Assembly (NCBI GenBank): GCA_049795175.1 | Contig: JBARDN010000252.1 | Span: 545-64,544 of the forward strand | DNA from: Candidatus Binataceae bacterium | GTDB taxonomy: Bacteria > Desulfobacterota > Binatia > Binatales > Binataceae | Length of the DNA: 64,000 bases | Direction: 5' to 3' | Part shown: in pieces, positions 19,520 to 28,096 of the stretch | Numbering within the stretch: the first letter of the stretch is position 1 | How the letters are laid out: each line of letters opens with the position of its first letter | Notes under the pieces: generated by a model | Databases searched by the model: none | Told to the model about the DNA's origin: nothing | What the model saw: the letters and a program-made list of their open reading frames with translations, nothing else | Made by a program: the position numbers and the translations under genes

Positions 19520-19687
19520 TCACTCCCGCGTGCTATCGCGATCTTTTTCGTGCGATGCACGGCAATTGGCGTGCCCGCAATGACAATCGGTGGCGCCTTC
19601 GTCGGCCTCGCTGGATGCGCATTCATTTGAGCAATACTTCTGCCCGGTCTTGACCTCGCAACTACATCGGTGGTGACCGCACTGCAT
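19520..19687 (-). CDS. Bacterial metallothionein, SmtA/BmtA family (55 aa); unannotated small ORF
   Basis: Manual minus-strand translation: MQCGHHRCSCEVKTGQKYCSNECASSEADEGATDCHCGHANCRASHEKDRDSTRE. 8 Cys and 5 His. Collinear with Synechococcus SmtA blocks (KCACEPCLCNV / YYCCEACA / GCGHTGCNC) as QCGHHRCSCEV / KYCSNECA / DCHCGHANC. RBS GGAGG 6 nt upstream of the ATG. Below the 60-aa track threshold. Confidence 0.6.
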   Translation of the reverse strand: MQCGHHRCSCEVKTGQKYCSNECASSEADEGATDCHCGHANCRASHEKDRDSTRE

Positions 19688-19918
19688 TTCAAACCTCCAT
19701 GTACGCTAAAACCCGGCGACGCACTCTTCGACCTATCAGCAAAATATAGGCCGACTCTAAATCGAAAAAAGTCGCGCCCCCAAGTTATGATTTCGCGACG
19801 CTTGAGCCGATTGGCGAGTCAGTAATTTTTTCCGGATACGTACAAACCCAGCGCCTCGATACGCCTTTTATCGAGTCGCAACGATGGCATACCCGATGCT
19901 CTCCCCCGCGAGGAACCT

Positions 19919-20362
19919 ATGGATACTGCTGAAATACTACATAGTTTGATTTCGACTTGTGTTGACAGCGAGAAGCGATATCGCCATGCCGCCAAGGACG
20001 TAGAACGCGCGAACCTGGAGGCATTTCTTAATCGACAGGCGGATTCGCGCAAAAACGCGGCGGCTGCGCTTCAGGCCGAACGGTACCGCCTCGGTATCGA
20101 TGAGAAGAAGTCGGGAACGGTCGGCGGCTTCGTCGATCGTGAGGCGTTGGATTTCAGCGTCATCATGAGCAAGGGTGACACCGGCGTCATCGAATGGTGC
20201 CGCGAAGACGATGAAAAGGTCATTGGGGAATATCAGAAAGCACTGAGTGAAAACCTTTCGCCTGATTTGCGCAAAACGATCGAGTATCAACTCGGGCAAA
20301 TTCAGGCCGCCGTCGCAAAAGAGGAAGACGTCTTGCGGCTGTTCGGCGGCCCCAAATCCTGA
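19919..20362 (+). CDS. PA2169-family (DUF2383/TIGR02284) four-helix-bundle ferritin-like protein, 147 aa
   Basis: N-terminal MDTAEILHSLISTCVDSEKRYRHAAKDVE pattern and size. Divergent from the metallothionein gene. Confidence 0.6.
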   Translation: MDTAEILHSLISTCVDSEKRYRHAAKDVERANLEAFLNRQADSRKNAAAALQAERYRLGIDEKKSGTVGGFVDREALDFSVIMSKGDTGVIEWCREDDEKVIGEYQKALSENLSPDLRKTIEYQLGQIQAAVAKEEDVLRLFGGPKS

Positions 20363-20391
20363 CCAATCGCTGGAACAGAGAGTGCCGTCCC

Positions 20392-22047
20392 GTGGCGAAT
20401 GAGAAGCTTTCGACCTACCGGGCCAAGCGCGATTTCAGCAAAACCGCCGAGCCGAGCGGTGAGACCGCTATCGCGCCCTCGCACCGCCTGCGCTACGTGA
20501 TTCAGAAGCACGCGGCCTCGCGGCTGCACTATGATTTCAGGCTCGAACTCGACGGGGTACTCAAATCCTGGGCGGTCACGCGCGGTCCTTCAATCGATCC
20601 GCATGACAAACGCCTTGCGGTCGAAGTTGAGGATCACCCGCTCGACTACGGCGACTTCGAAGGCACAATCCCTCAGGGCCAATATGGCGGGGGCACCGTG
20701 CAATTGTGGGATCGCGGCTATTGGACGCCGGAAGAAAATCCCGATCCACAGGCCGCGCTCAAAGCCGGCAATTTGAAGTTCACGCTCGACGGCGAGCGAC
20801 TTCACGGAAGCTGGGTGCTGGTTCGGATGAAACATGATCGCACCGGCGGCAAGCGCAACAACTGGCTGCTGATAAAGCATCGCGACGAGTTCGCGCGCGA
20901 GGGCGATAAAGATTCGCTGCTGGCCGACGATCGGTCGGTCGCGTCAGCGCGCCCGATGGCCGCAATCGCGGCGGGCAAGGGGCGCGGACCGAAGCCTTTC
21001 ATCCTGAAAACGAAAAAGCTCGCGAAAGCGGATGCTATCTGGGGTTCCAATCACGACGACATAGCCAAACCGAGCGGCGCGCCCAAACGAACCCACGCTG
21101 CGAAGATATCCAAGCCGCGAAAGGAATCGGCCGGCGACACGCTCGTGATGGGTGTGGCGATCTCCAAGCCAGACAAAGTGCTATGGCCTGCTGACGGCGA
21201 CGGCGAACCGATTACCAAGCTCGGCCTGGCTCGCTACTTCGAGGCAGTCGGCCAGCAGATGATCCGGCATCTGAAGGGCCGGCCGTGCTCGATCGTCCGT
21301 GCGCCGGACGGGCTTGGCGGTCAACAATTCTTTCAGCGCCATGCGATGCCGGGCTCGTCGAAGCTATTTGCGATGGTCAAAGTTGCGGGCCTTGCAGAAC
21401 CGTATCTGCAGATCGATCGGGTCGAAGCGCTGGTCGAGGTCGCGCAAATGGCCGGGCTGGAACTGCATCCGTGGAACTGCCAGCCGGGAGATCCCGAGGT
21501 GCCGGGCCGCCTGGTGTTCGATCTCGATCCGGCCGAGGACGTTGATTTTGCGGCGGTAGTCGCTGGCGCGCGGGAAATTCATGATCGACTCGAAGCAGTC
21601 GGCCTCACGAGCTTCTGCAAAACCACCGGCGGCAAGGGATTGCATGTAGTGACGCCGCTTGCCCCAGCCAAAAAAGAACGAATCGACTGGGCCGCTGCCA
21701 AAGCGTTCGCGCGCGAGGTTTGTATGCAGATCGCCGCGGATAGTCCGAATCGTTATCTGACCAAAATGGCCAAGAAAGATCGGCCCGGGAAAATCTTCCT
21801 CGACTATCTGCGCAATGATCGGATGGCGACCGCCGTCGCGCCTCTTTCTCCGCGCGCTCGCGCCGGCGCGCCAGTGTCGATGCCGCTTTCATGGGCACAG
21901 GTGCGATCGGGGCTCGACCCGAAACGGTTCACGATCGCGACAGTGCCCGGCCTGATCGCCAGGAGCACTGCATGGCAAGACTACTGCGATTCCGAACGTC
22001 CCCTTGTGCAGGCGATCAAACGATTGAACAAAGCCAAGGCAGCGTAG
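20392..22047 (+). CDS. ligD: NHEJ LigD phosphoesterase + polymerase/primase domain protein (no ligase domain), 551 aa
   Basis: N-terminal PE domain (RLRYVIQKHAASRLHYDFRLELDGVLKSWAV…GGGTVQLWDRGYW), then the Pol domain (…ISKPDKVLWPADGDGEPITKLGLARYF…KGRPCSIVRAPDG…). GTG start. Confidence 0.85.
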   Translation: MANEKLSTYRAKRDFSKTAEPSGETAIAPSHRLRYVIQKHAASRLHYDFRLELDGVLKSWAVTRGPSIDPHDKRLAVEVEDHPLDYGDFEGTIPQGQYGGGTVQLWDRGYWTPEENPDPQAALKAGNLKFTLDGERLHGSWVLVRMKHDRTGGKRNNWLLIKHRDEFAREGDKDSLLADDRSVASARPMAAIAAGKGRGPKPFILKTKKLAKADAIWGSNHDDIAKPSGAPKRTHAAKISKPRKESAGDTLVMGVAISKPDKVLWPADGDGEPITKLGLARYFEAVGQQMIRHLKGRPCSIVRAPDGLGGQQFFQRHAMPGSSKLFAMVKVAGLAEPYLQIDRVEALVEVAQMAGLELHPWNCQPGDPEVPGRLVFDLDPAEDVDFAAVVAGAREIHDRLEAVGLTSFCKTTGGKGLHVVTPLAPAKKERIDWAAAKAFAREVCMQIAADSPNRYLTKMAKKDRPGKIFLDYLRNDRMATAVAPLSPRARAGAPVSMPLSWAQVRSGLDPKRFTIATVPGLIARSTAWQDYCDSERPLVQAIKRLNKAKAA

Positions 22048-22050
22048 ATT

Positions 22051-23145
22051 TTGCCGCGCGGATCGAGAAAACCGGACCAAGGAATCACGGGACTGCCCAT
22101 CCCGCTCAGTACGCGTCCGATGGAGGCGCGGCTGGTGAGCGATTTGCCGCGGGAACCGGGATGGCAGTTCGAACCCAAGTGGGACGGCTTTCGATGCTTG
22201 GCATTTCGCGGCAGTGATGAAGTCGAACTCAGTGCCAAGTCGGGAAAGACTCTCGCGCGCTATTTTCCCGAGGTTGTCGCGATGCTCGCCGCGCTTGCTC
22301 GGAACCGATTCGTCGTCGACGGCGAGCTCGCCATTCCAATCGGTGAGACCCTCTCGTTTGATGCGTTGCAGGCGCGGCTGCATCCCGCCGAAAGCCGGGT
22401 GCGCAAGTTGGCCGCGGAGACGCCGGCCGTTTTCATTCTGTTCGATTGCCTGATGTCCGCCGACGGAGCGAGCCTCCTCGACGCACCGTTGACGGAACGC
22501 CGCACCGCACTCGAACATTTTTTCGATTCCGCGAAGCGTGAACCATCCCTGAAACTGACGCCGTACACGCGTGAATATCTCAAGGCGCGGCAATGGCTTG
22601 AGTACACCGGCGGCGCGCTTGACGGAGTAGTCGCCAAGCGGATTGACGGAATCTATCAGCCTGGTGAACGGGCGATGCTGAAGTTCAAGCGGGCTCGCAC
22701 CGCGGATTGCGTAGTCGGCGGTTTTCGATATGAGCAGAGCAGCCGCGAGGTCGGATCATTGCTGCTCGGGCTCTACAACAAGGACGGCAAGCTCGATCAC
22801 GTTGGCTTTACTTCTTCGATCAGCAATGCGGAACGAAAGGCGCTGACTCGCCGGCTCGAGGCGCTGATCGCAAAGCCAGGTTTCACCGGAAACGCTCCCG
22901 GCGGTCCGAGTCGGTGGAGCACCGAGCGCAGCGGAGAGTGGGAGCCCTTGCGGCCCAAGCTGGTCGTCGAAGTTCGTTACGATCAGGTAACTGCGAATCG
23001 GTTTCGCCATGGCACCGGATTAGTACGCTGGCGTCCGGACAAGGCGCCCGAGCAATGCACCTTCGATCAAATGGAGCGCGAAGCCGCGCCGGCGAAATTG
23101 ATCACGGAGGCGCTGGCTGGGTCGGCGAAGGTGCGGCGCCGGTAA
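22051..23145 (+). CDS. ligD: ATP-dependent DNA ligase (LigD ligase-domain) protein, about 340-364 aa
   Basis: PMEARLVSDLPREPGWQFEPKWDGFRCLAF carries the KxDG adenylation motif of ATP-dependent ligases. Start is either TTG 22051 or ATG 22120. Begins 3 nt after the PE-Pol gene stop. Confidence 0.85.
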   Translation: MPRGSRKPDQGITGLPIPLSTRPMEARLVSDLPREPGWQFEPKWDGFRCLAFRGSDEVELSAKSGKTLARYFPEVVAMLAALARNRFVVDGELAIPIGETLSFDALQARLHPAESRVRKLAAETPAVFILFDCLMSADGASLLDAPLTERRTALEHFFDSAKREPSLKLTPYTREYLKARQWLEYTGGALDGVVAKRIDGIYQPGERAMLKFKRARTADCVVGGFRYEQSSREVGSLLLGLYNKDGKLDHVGFTSSISNAERKALTRRLEALIAKPGFTGNAPGGPSRWSTERSGEWEPLRPKLVVEVRYDQVTANRFRHGTGLVRWRPDKAPEQCTFDQMEREAAPAKLITEALAGSAKVRRR

Positions 23146-23531
23146 CAAGGTTATTCGACCGATCGAAGAGAGCGCACGCATGCGCGTTTCGATTTGGCCG
23201 ATTTGATCGAAGCCTTGAGCATTGCGGGCAGCGTTTTTTCTGATTCGGCAGCGCGTTGTTCGAGAAAACGAATGCACTCGCCGCCATTTTCCCTGCTTCC
23301 TTTTTTGAGAGTGGAGGGAGCAAGAGCTGGGCCATCGACTCGTCGGCAGATCCGCCACTGGCCCTCACGGATCGCGCTACCTGGCGATCGGAAAATCTAA
23401 AAGATTTACACCGGCTTCGATTCGATGCTGACACTCGATCATACGCTCGCGGCCGCCACATTTTGTCCGATGTCTGACTCCAAAGCCGTATGCTTAGACT
23501 GATAGGGCGCGGCCCAAACTGGGAGTAGACG

Positions 23532-24602
23532 ATGAACATTCAGCGAGCGACTAAGGGCTATGAAGCGTGGATGCGGGCCTGCACCACGGTCATTCAATCT
23601 CAATTGCGATCGAAACATGAACAGATGAGAGACGATCTGTTCCGGTTTTTTCGCGGCACGTTTTACCGCTGGGCCCAGATGTGGCCCAAGGTCTGCGCTG
23701 ACCTGCGTGACGCGCCTGAGGTCATCGCCGTCGGCGATCTGCACGTCAACAGTTTCGGCACCTGGCGCGATTCGGAGGGCAGGCTCGCTTGGGGCATAGA
23801 TGACTTCGACGAAGCCTACCCGCTGCCTTACACCAACGATCTGATCCGGCTTGCGGCAAGCGTCAAGATAGTGAATGACTCGGGACATCTGACCAGCGGC
23901 GTGAAGGATGGCTGCGATCTAATTTTGGAAGGATACGAGGCGTCGCTAAGAGATGGCGGCCGCGCAGTGGTGTTGGCAGAGCACGAGAAGATTCTGGAAA
24001 AACTGGGAATCGAGGCGATCAAACCTCCCGAAGACTTCTGGAAAAAACTCAACCGGCTTCCCGCTGTGCGCCGCGGACCTCCGCGCGAGGTTAAGAAGGC
24101 GCTGGAAAAAACCCTGCCCGACGCAAATTTCGATTACAAGGTCGTGCTCAGAACCGCCGGGATGGGCAGCCTCGGGCAACCGCGTTTCGTAGCGATCGCC
24201 CGGTGGCGGGGAGGATGCATCGCGCGCGAGGCAAAGGCGATGGTGCCGTCGGCCTGCGCCTGGCTCGACGGTTATACTGGCGATGGCAATTCCCACTACC
24301 AGCAGGCCATCGGCTCCGCCGTGCGGGCGCACGACCCGTTTCAAATAACCGTGGGCAAGTGGTTAATTCGTCGTCTCTCGCCGGATTCCAATCCAATTGA
24401 TATCGCCTGTTTGCCAAAAAGACGCGACGAACACATCCTGCTTCAGGCGATGGGCTCCGAAGCGGCAAACGTGCATTCAGGCAGCAAGCGCCAGGTGAAA
24501 AATATCCTGAGAGACTTGCATCGAAGGAAATCTGATTGGCTGCGTACCGCCGGAAAGAACATGGCCAAGGCGATGGAGAAAGATTGGAAGAAATATCGGT
24601 AG
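23532..24602 (+). CDS. DUF2252 domain protein, 356 aa
   Basis: FRGTFYRWAQ… and …GDLHVNSFGTW… motifs are characteristic of DUF2252. Confidence 0.65.
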   Translation: MNIQRATKGYEAWMRACTTVIQSQLRSKHEQMRDDLFRFFRGTFYRWAQMWPKVCADLRDAPEVIAVGDLHVNSFGTWRDSEGRLAWGIDDFDEAYPLPYTNDLIRLAASVKIVNDSGHLTSGVKDGCDLILEGYEASLRDGGRAVVLAEHEKILEKLGIEAIKPPEDFWKKLNRLPAVRRGPPREVKKALEKTLPDANFDYKVVLRTAGMGSLGQPRFVAIARWRGGCIAREAKAMVPSACAWLDGYTGDGNSHYQQAIGSAVRAHDPFQITVGKWLIRRLSPDSNPIDIACLPKRRDEHILLQAMGSEAANVHSGSKRQVKNILRDLHRRKSDWLRTAGKNMAKAMEKDWKKYR

Positions 24603-24707
24603 GCTTGATCGCCGGCGAACCTCTCCGCTAATTAACTTGAGACGACGAATTTCTGGACGCTCATCCGACCACAACTCGATGACAACTAAACGACGAAGGC
24701 GCTGCTA

Positions 24708-26576
24708 GTGACGCTTGACGGTACGCCTTCGGCGCCGGACCAGACTGCAGCTTCGTCGGACGCGGTTCTCGCTACCGTGCGGCGCTTCTGGGGCTTTGAG
24801 AGCCTGCGTGCGCTGCAGGCAGAGGCGATACGCGCCGGCCTCGATCGCCGCGACTCCCTGGTCGTGATGCCGACCGGGGGCGGCAAATCGTTGTGCTACC
24901 AGGTGCCGCCTGCGGTCGCCGGTCGGACCGATATCGTCGTCTCGCCGCTCATCGCTTTGATGAAGGATCAAGTGGACGCACTGCGTGCATGCGGTTACCC
25001 GGCGATCGCGCTGCATAGCGGCATGGGCTTCGCGGAGATTCGCGACGCGGAGCGCGAAATTGCCAGCGGCCGGCCGCATCTTATCTTCGTCGCGCCGGAG
25101 CGGATGCTGACGCCGCGATTTATCGAGCTGGCGCAACGAGTTGGCGTCGGCACCTTCGCAATCGACGAGGCGCACTGCATCAGTCAGTGGGGCCACGATT
25201 TCAGGCCCGAGTATCGCCAGCTCGCGGAACTCAAAACCCGGTTTGCGAATGCGAGCCTGCACGCCTATACCGCGACCGCGACCGAGCGCGTACGCCACGA
25301 TATCGTCGAGCAACTGGGACTCAAAGATCCGGCGGTGCTGGTCGGCTCCTTCGATCGGCCCAATCTTCTCTACCGCGTCATTCCGAAGAGCTCCGTCAAA
25401 GCTCAGGTCGCAGAGGTCGTGCGACGCCACTCGGGCGAAGCGGTGATCGTTTACTGCATCACGCGAAAGGACACAGAGACGATGGCCGCGTTTCTCGCGG
25501 ACCTCGGCCTTCGCGCCGCGCACTATCACGCCGGGATGGAACCCGGCGATCGCCGCCGCACGCAGGACCGCTTCGCCGCCGAGGAGATCGACGTGGTCGT
25601 GGCCACCGTCGCGTTCGGGATGGGAATCGATCGCAGCGATATCCGATGCGTGATCCACGCGGCACTGCCGAAATCGATCGAGCACTATCAGCAGGAGACT
25701 GGCCGCGCCGGACGCGACGGTTTGCCCGCCGAGTGCGTCCTGTTCTACTCCGCCGCCGACGCGATGCGCTGGCAGGGCCTGCTCGAACGTAGCGCCGCCG
25801 AAGCGGAGTTCCCGGCGCAGGTGCTCGAGAGCGCCAACCAATTGCTCGAACAGATACGCCGCTACGCCACGGTGGTCGGATGCCGTCATGCGGCGCTGTC
25901 CGGCTATTTCGGCGAGCAATATACAAATCCAAATTGCGGCGCTTGCGACCAATGCCTGGGCGAGGTGGAAGGCGTCGCCGACGCGACTGTGCTTGCGCAG
26001 AAAGTTCTCTCATGCGTGGCGCGGGTCGAGCAGCGCTTCGGAGTCGAGCAGGTGGTCGATGTGCTTATCGGGACCGACAGCGAGCGCGTGCGGCGATGGC
26101 GCCATGAGCAACTTTCCACTTACGGATTGCTTAAGGATCATCCGCGCAAGACGATCACCAATCTGATCTATCAGCTCGTGGACGCGGCACTCCTCGAGCG
26201 CACGGGCGGCGATCGCCCAATCCTCAAACTCAACCCCAATTCGTGGGAAGTTCTGCGCGGCAGGCGTTCGGTACAATTGCTTCAGGCGAAAAAGCCCAAG
26301 GCTGCCCGCACCCGCCTGGAGGAAACCAGTTGGCGCGATGTCGACGAGGCCCTGTACGAAAGCCTGCGCGAGCTGCGCCGCGAGATCGCGGTCGAGCGCT
26401 CGGTCGCAGCCTTCGTGATTCTGCACGACTCGACGCTGCGCGATCTCGCGCGCTCGCGTCCCTCGACTATCGAACAGTTGCGCGGGATTCGCGGAATGGG
26501 CGAAAGGAAGCTCGCGGACTTCGGCGCCCGCCTGCTCGAACGAATCGCGCAGCACGAGCATTCGCGAAGCGCTTGA
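24708..26576 (+). CDS. recQ: ATP-dependent DNA helicase RecQ, 622 aa
   Basis: Helicase motif I (VMPTGGGKSLCYQVPP), DEAHCISQWGHDFRPEY, a zinc-binding region with four Cys (CGACDQC), and a C-terminal RQC/HRDC region. GTG start. Confidence 0.9.
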   Translation: MTLDGTPSAPDQTAASSDAVLATVRRFWGFESLRALQAEAIRAGLDRRDSLVVMPTGGGKSLCYQVPPAVAGRTDIVVSPLIALMKDQVDALRACGYPAIALHSGMGFAEIRDAEREIASGRPHLIFVAPERMLTPRFIELAQRVGVGTFAIDEAHCISQWGHDFRPEYRQLAELKTRFANASLHAYTATATERVRHDIVEQLGLKDPAVLVGSFDRPNLLYRVIPKSSVKAQVAEVVRRHSGEAVIVYCITRKDTETMAAFLADLGLRAAHYHAGMEPGDRRRTQDRFAAEEIDVVVATVAFGMGIDRSDIRCVIHAALPKSIEHYQQETGRAGRDGLPAECVLFYSAADAMRWQGLLERSAAEAEFPAQVLESANQLLEQIRRYATVVGCRHAALSGYFGEQYTNPNCGACDQCLGEVEGVADATVLAQKVLSCVARVEQRFGVEQVVDVLIGTDSERVRRWRHEQLSTYGLLKDHPRKTITNLIYQLVDAALLERTGGDRPILKLNPNSWEVLRGRRSVQLLQAKKPKAARTRLEETSWRDVDEALYESLRELRREIAVERSVAAFVILHDSTLRDLARSRPSTIEQLRGIRGMGERKLADFGARLLERIAQHEHSRSA

Positions 26577-26619
26577 TCGATTCGCATGCTCCCTCAGCGC
26601 GCGCACACCGGCGGTCGAA

Positions 26620-27235
26620 TCATAATCCAGGCAGCCTGGGGGTTTCCTTCCACGTCTGGCGCGAGCGAATCTCGCCAAGATATGCGGTCACTTTTGGAAA
26701 TTGGCTGAAGCTGAAACCCGCTTTCTCGATCACGTTCAGCACCGGGCCATAAGCGCAATCCGGGAGAGAGAATTCCCGGCCCATTAGCCATTTACTATCC
26801 GCTAAATGGCCCTCGAGGATTCCGATCACGTCGGGCAGATTCTTTTCGCCACGCGCAATCGCATCCTGATCGCCCGGCAATCCGCGGAGTTTAACCGCAA
26901 TCCGGTTGTACGCCAGATCGGTCGCCGGCGAAGAAATGTGGGTCGAAAGAAAAGAATAGCCATCGAAGCGCGTCGGCGCGTCCCGCCGCAGAATTGGGCC
27001 ACAATTTTCCGGTCTTGTCGCCGAGGTACGCCAGAATTGCGTGCGACTCCCACAGCGTCAGATCGCCATCGGCCAGCACCGGCACGCGGCCGAACGGATT
27101 GAGCGCAAGGAATTCGGGCTTGCGCTGCTCGCTCTTGCTCAGATCGACCGGCACAATTTCGCACTCGATTTTTAACTCATTGAGCGCAAAATGGACCTTC
27201 TGCGGATTTGGTGACGGAAAATAGTATAGTTTCAT
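26620..27235 (-). pseudogene. Glutathione S-transferase interrupted by a frameshift: N-terminal domain in one frame (26891..27235), C-terminal domain in another (26620..26880)
   Basis: The N-terminal ORF MKLYYFPSPNPQKVHFAL…RADALRWLFFSFDPH is GST thioredoxin-like. The C-terminal domain continues in a different frame (…ISSPATDLAYNRIAVKLRGLPGDQDAIARGEKNLPDVIGILEGHLADSKWLMGREFSLPD…). The junction is near 26890-26935, with no long homopolymer there. Confidence 0.6.
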
Positions 27236-27246
27236 TGCTGCCTCCG

Positions 27247-27687
27247 TTAGTATTGATTCGACTGATTATTCCGGCCCGCGAAACGCGCCTGATAGTGCCC
27301 TAACACGAAATCCCAGCCGTCCTCGTAACTCTTTCGAGCCTCGCGGGTTTTTGCATCCTGATCCCATCCGCGGTGTTCCAACTCGACACGAGTTCCGCCG
27401 TCTTCCGCGATAAAGCGAACCTCGACCTGCGTCGTAAGGTCCCAACTCGGCGCGCGCCAGGTGAAAGCCACCAAGCTCGGCGGTTGGAAAGCAGTGACGC
27501 GGCCGATTTCGTATTCGGCGCCTTCGGGATTTCGCTCGAACAGCCGGCCGCCGACGCGCCCCTCAAGGAATGGTTTCGACTCCTTGCCGCCAAACCCTCC
27601 GGGCCACCATTGGCTCATTTCTTCACAGAACACCTTGAATGAAATCTCCGGCGAGCGCTCGATTTTGATCGACTTGCGGATCGTCAT
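27247..27687 (-). CDS. SRPBCC (Aha1/AHSA1-like, polyketide-cyclase fold) domain protein, 146 aa
   Basis: Size and pattern (KIERSPEISFKVFCEEMSQWWPG…) fit SRPBCC. Directly downstream of, and overlapping by 4 nt with, the ArsR-family regulator gene; this pairing is commonly observed. Confidence 0.65.
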   Translation of the reverse strand: MTIRKSIKIERSPEISFKVFCEEMSQWWPGGFGGKESKPFLEGRVGGRLFERNPEGAEYEIGRVTAFQPPSLVAFTWRAPSWDLTTQVEVRFIAEDGGTRVELEHRGWDQDAKTREARKSYEDGWDFVLGHYQARFAGRNNQSNQY

Positions 27688-28004
27688 TCCTTCTCCTCCG
27701 CGTAGCGCTTGAATGCCTCCAACGCGACGTCCCAGAAACGTCCCACTTCTTCCAGCTTGGCGACCAACTCTCTGACCGCCAGTCCTCCCGCAGGTTCAAG
27801 AGCGTAGATTCTCTCACGTCCGTTTCTGGTCACTGTGATGAGACCCGCTCTCGCGAGCATCCGTGTGTGCTTGTAGATCGCCGGACGGGAGATCGCGAAC
27901 CCTTTAGCAAGATCACCGGCGCGGTAAGATTTTTCCGCCAGCCGTCCGAGCAGCCTGCGACGAGTGGAATCTCCGAGTGCGGCGATCGTCAGATCAAACT
28001 TCAT
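27684..28004 (-). CDS. ArsR/SmtB family metalloregulatory transcriptional regulator, 106 aa
   Basis: IAALGDSTRRRLLGRLAE…LAKGFAISRPAIYKHTRMLARAGLI is the winged-HTH ArsR signature. Confidence 0.8.
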   Translation of the reverse strand: MKFDLTIAALGDSTRRRLLGRLAEKSYRAGDLAKGFAISRPAIYKHTRMLARAGLITVTRNGRERIYALEPAGGLAVRELVAKLEEVGRFWDVALEAFKRYAEEKE

Positions 28005-28009
28005 GGTCG

Positions 28010-28033
28010 ATATGTAACCCCGAGGTTACATAT
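28010..28033. promoter_or_regulatory. Perfect 10-4-10 palindrome ATATGTAACC-ccga-GGTTACATAT; candidate ArsR/SmtB operator
   Basis: Read directly. Begins 6 nt upstream of the ArsR-family start codon (28004, minus strand), in the 92-nt divergent region shared with cobQ. AT-rich in a GC-rich genome. Confidence 0.45.
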
Positions 28034-28096
28034 TTGTCAATAGCGCCACCCACTCCTCTTTCCGCCGAGCCAGCGACCGGGCAGGGTATAAGTGTG

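Noticed and set aside
23146-23531. 386-nt intergenic gap after the ligase gene, with a GGGCCA-N24-TGGCCC hairpin and two short ORFs (68 and 73 aa); examined as a possible missing ku gene or RNA gene
   Set aside because: Too short for Ku (about 270 aa). The hairpin has no tRNA cloverleaf geometry. The short ORFs have TTG starts, no RBS and no recognisable motifs. Left unannotated.
24705-25952. 415-aa minus-strand ORF antisense to recQ
   Set aside because: Antisense shadow of a GC-rich gene. recQ motifs on the plus strand are unambiguous.
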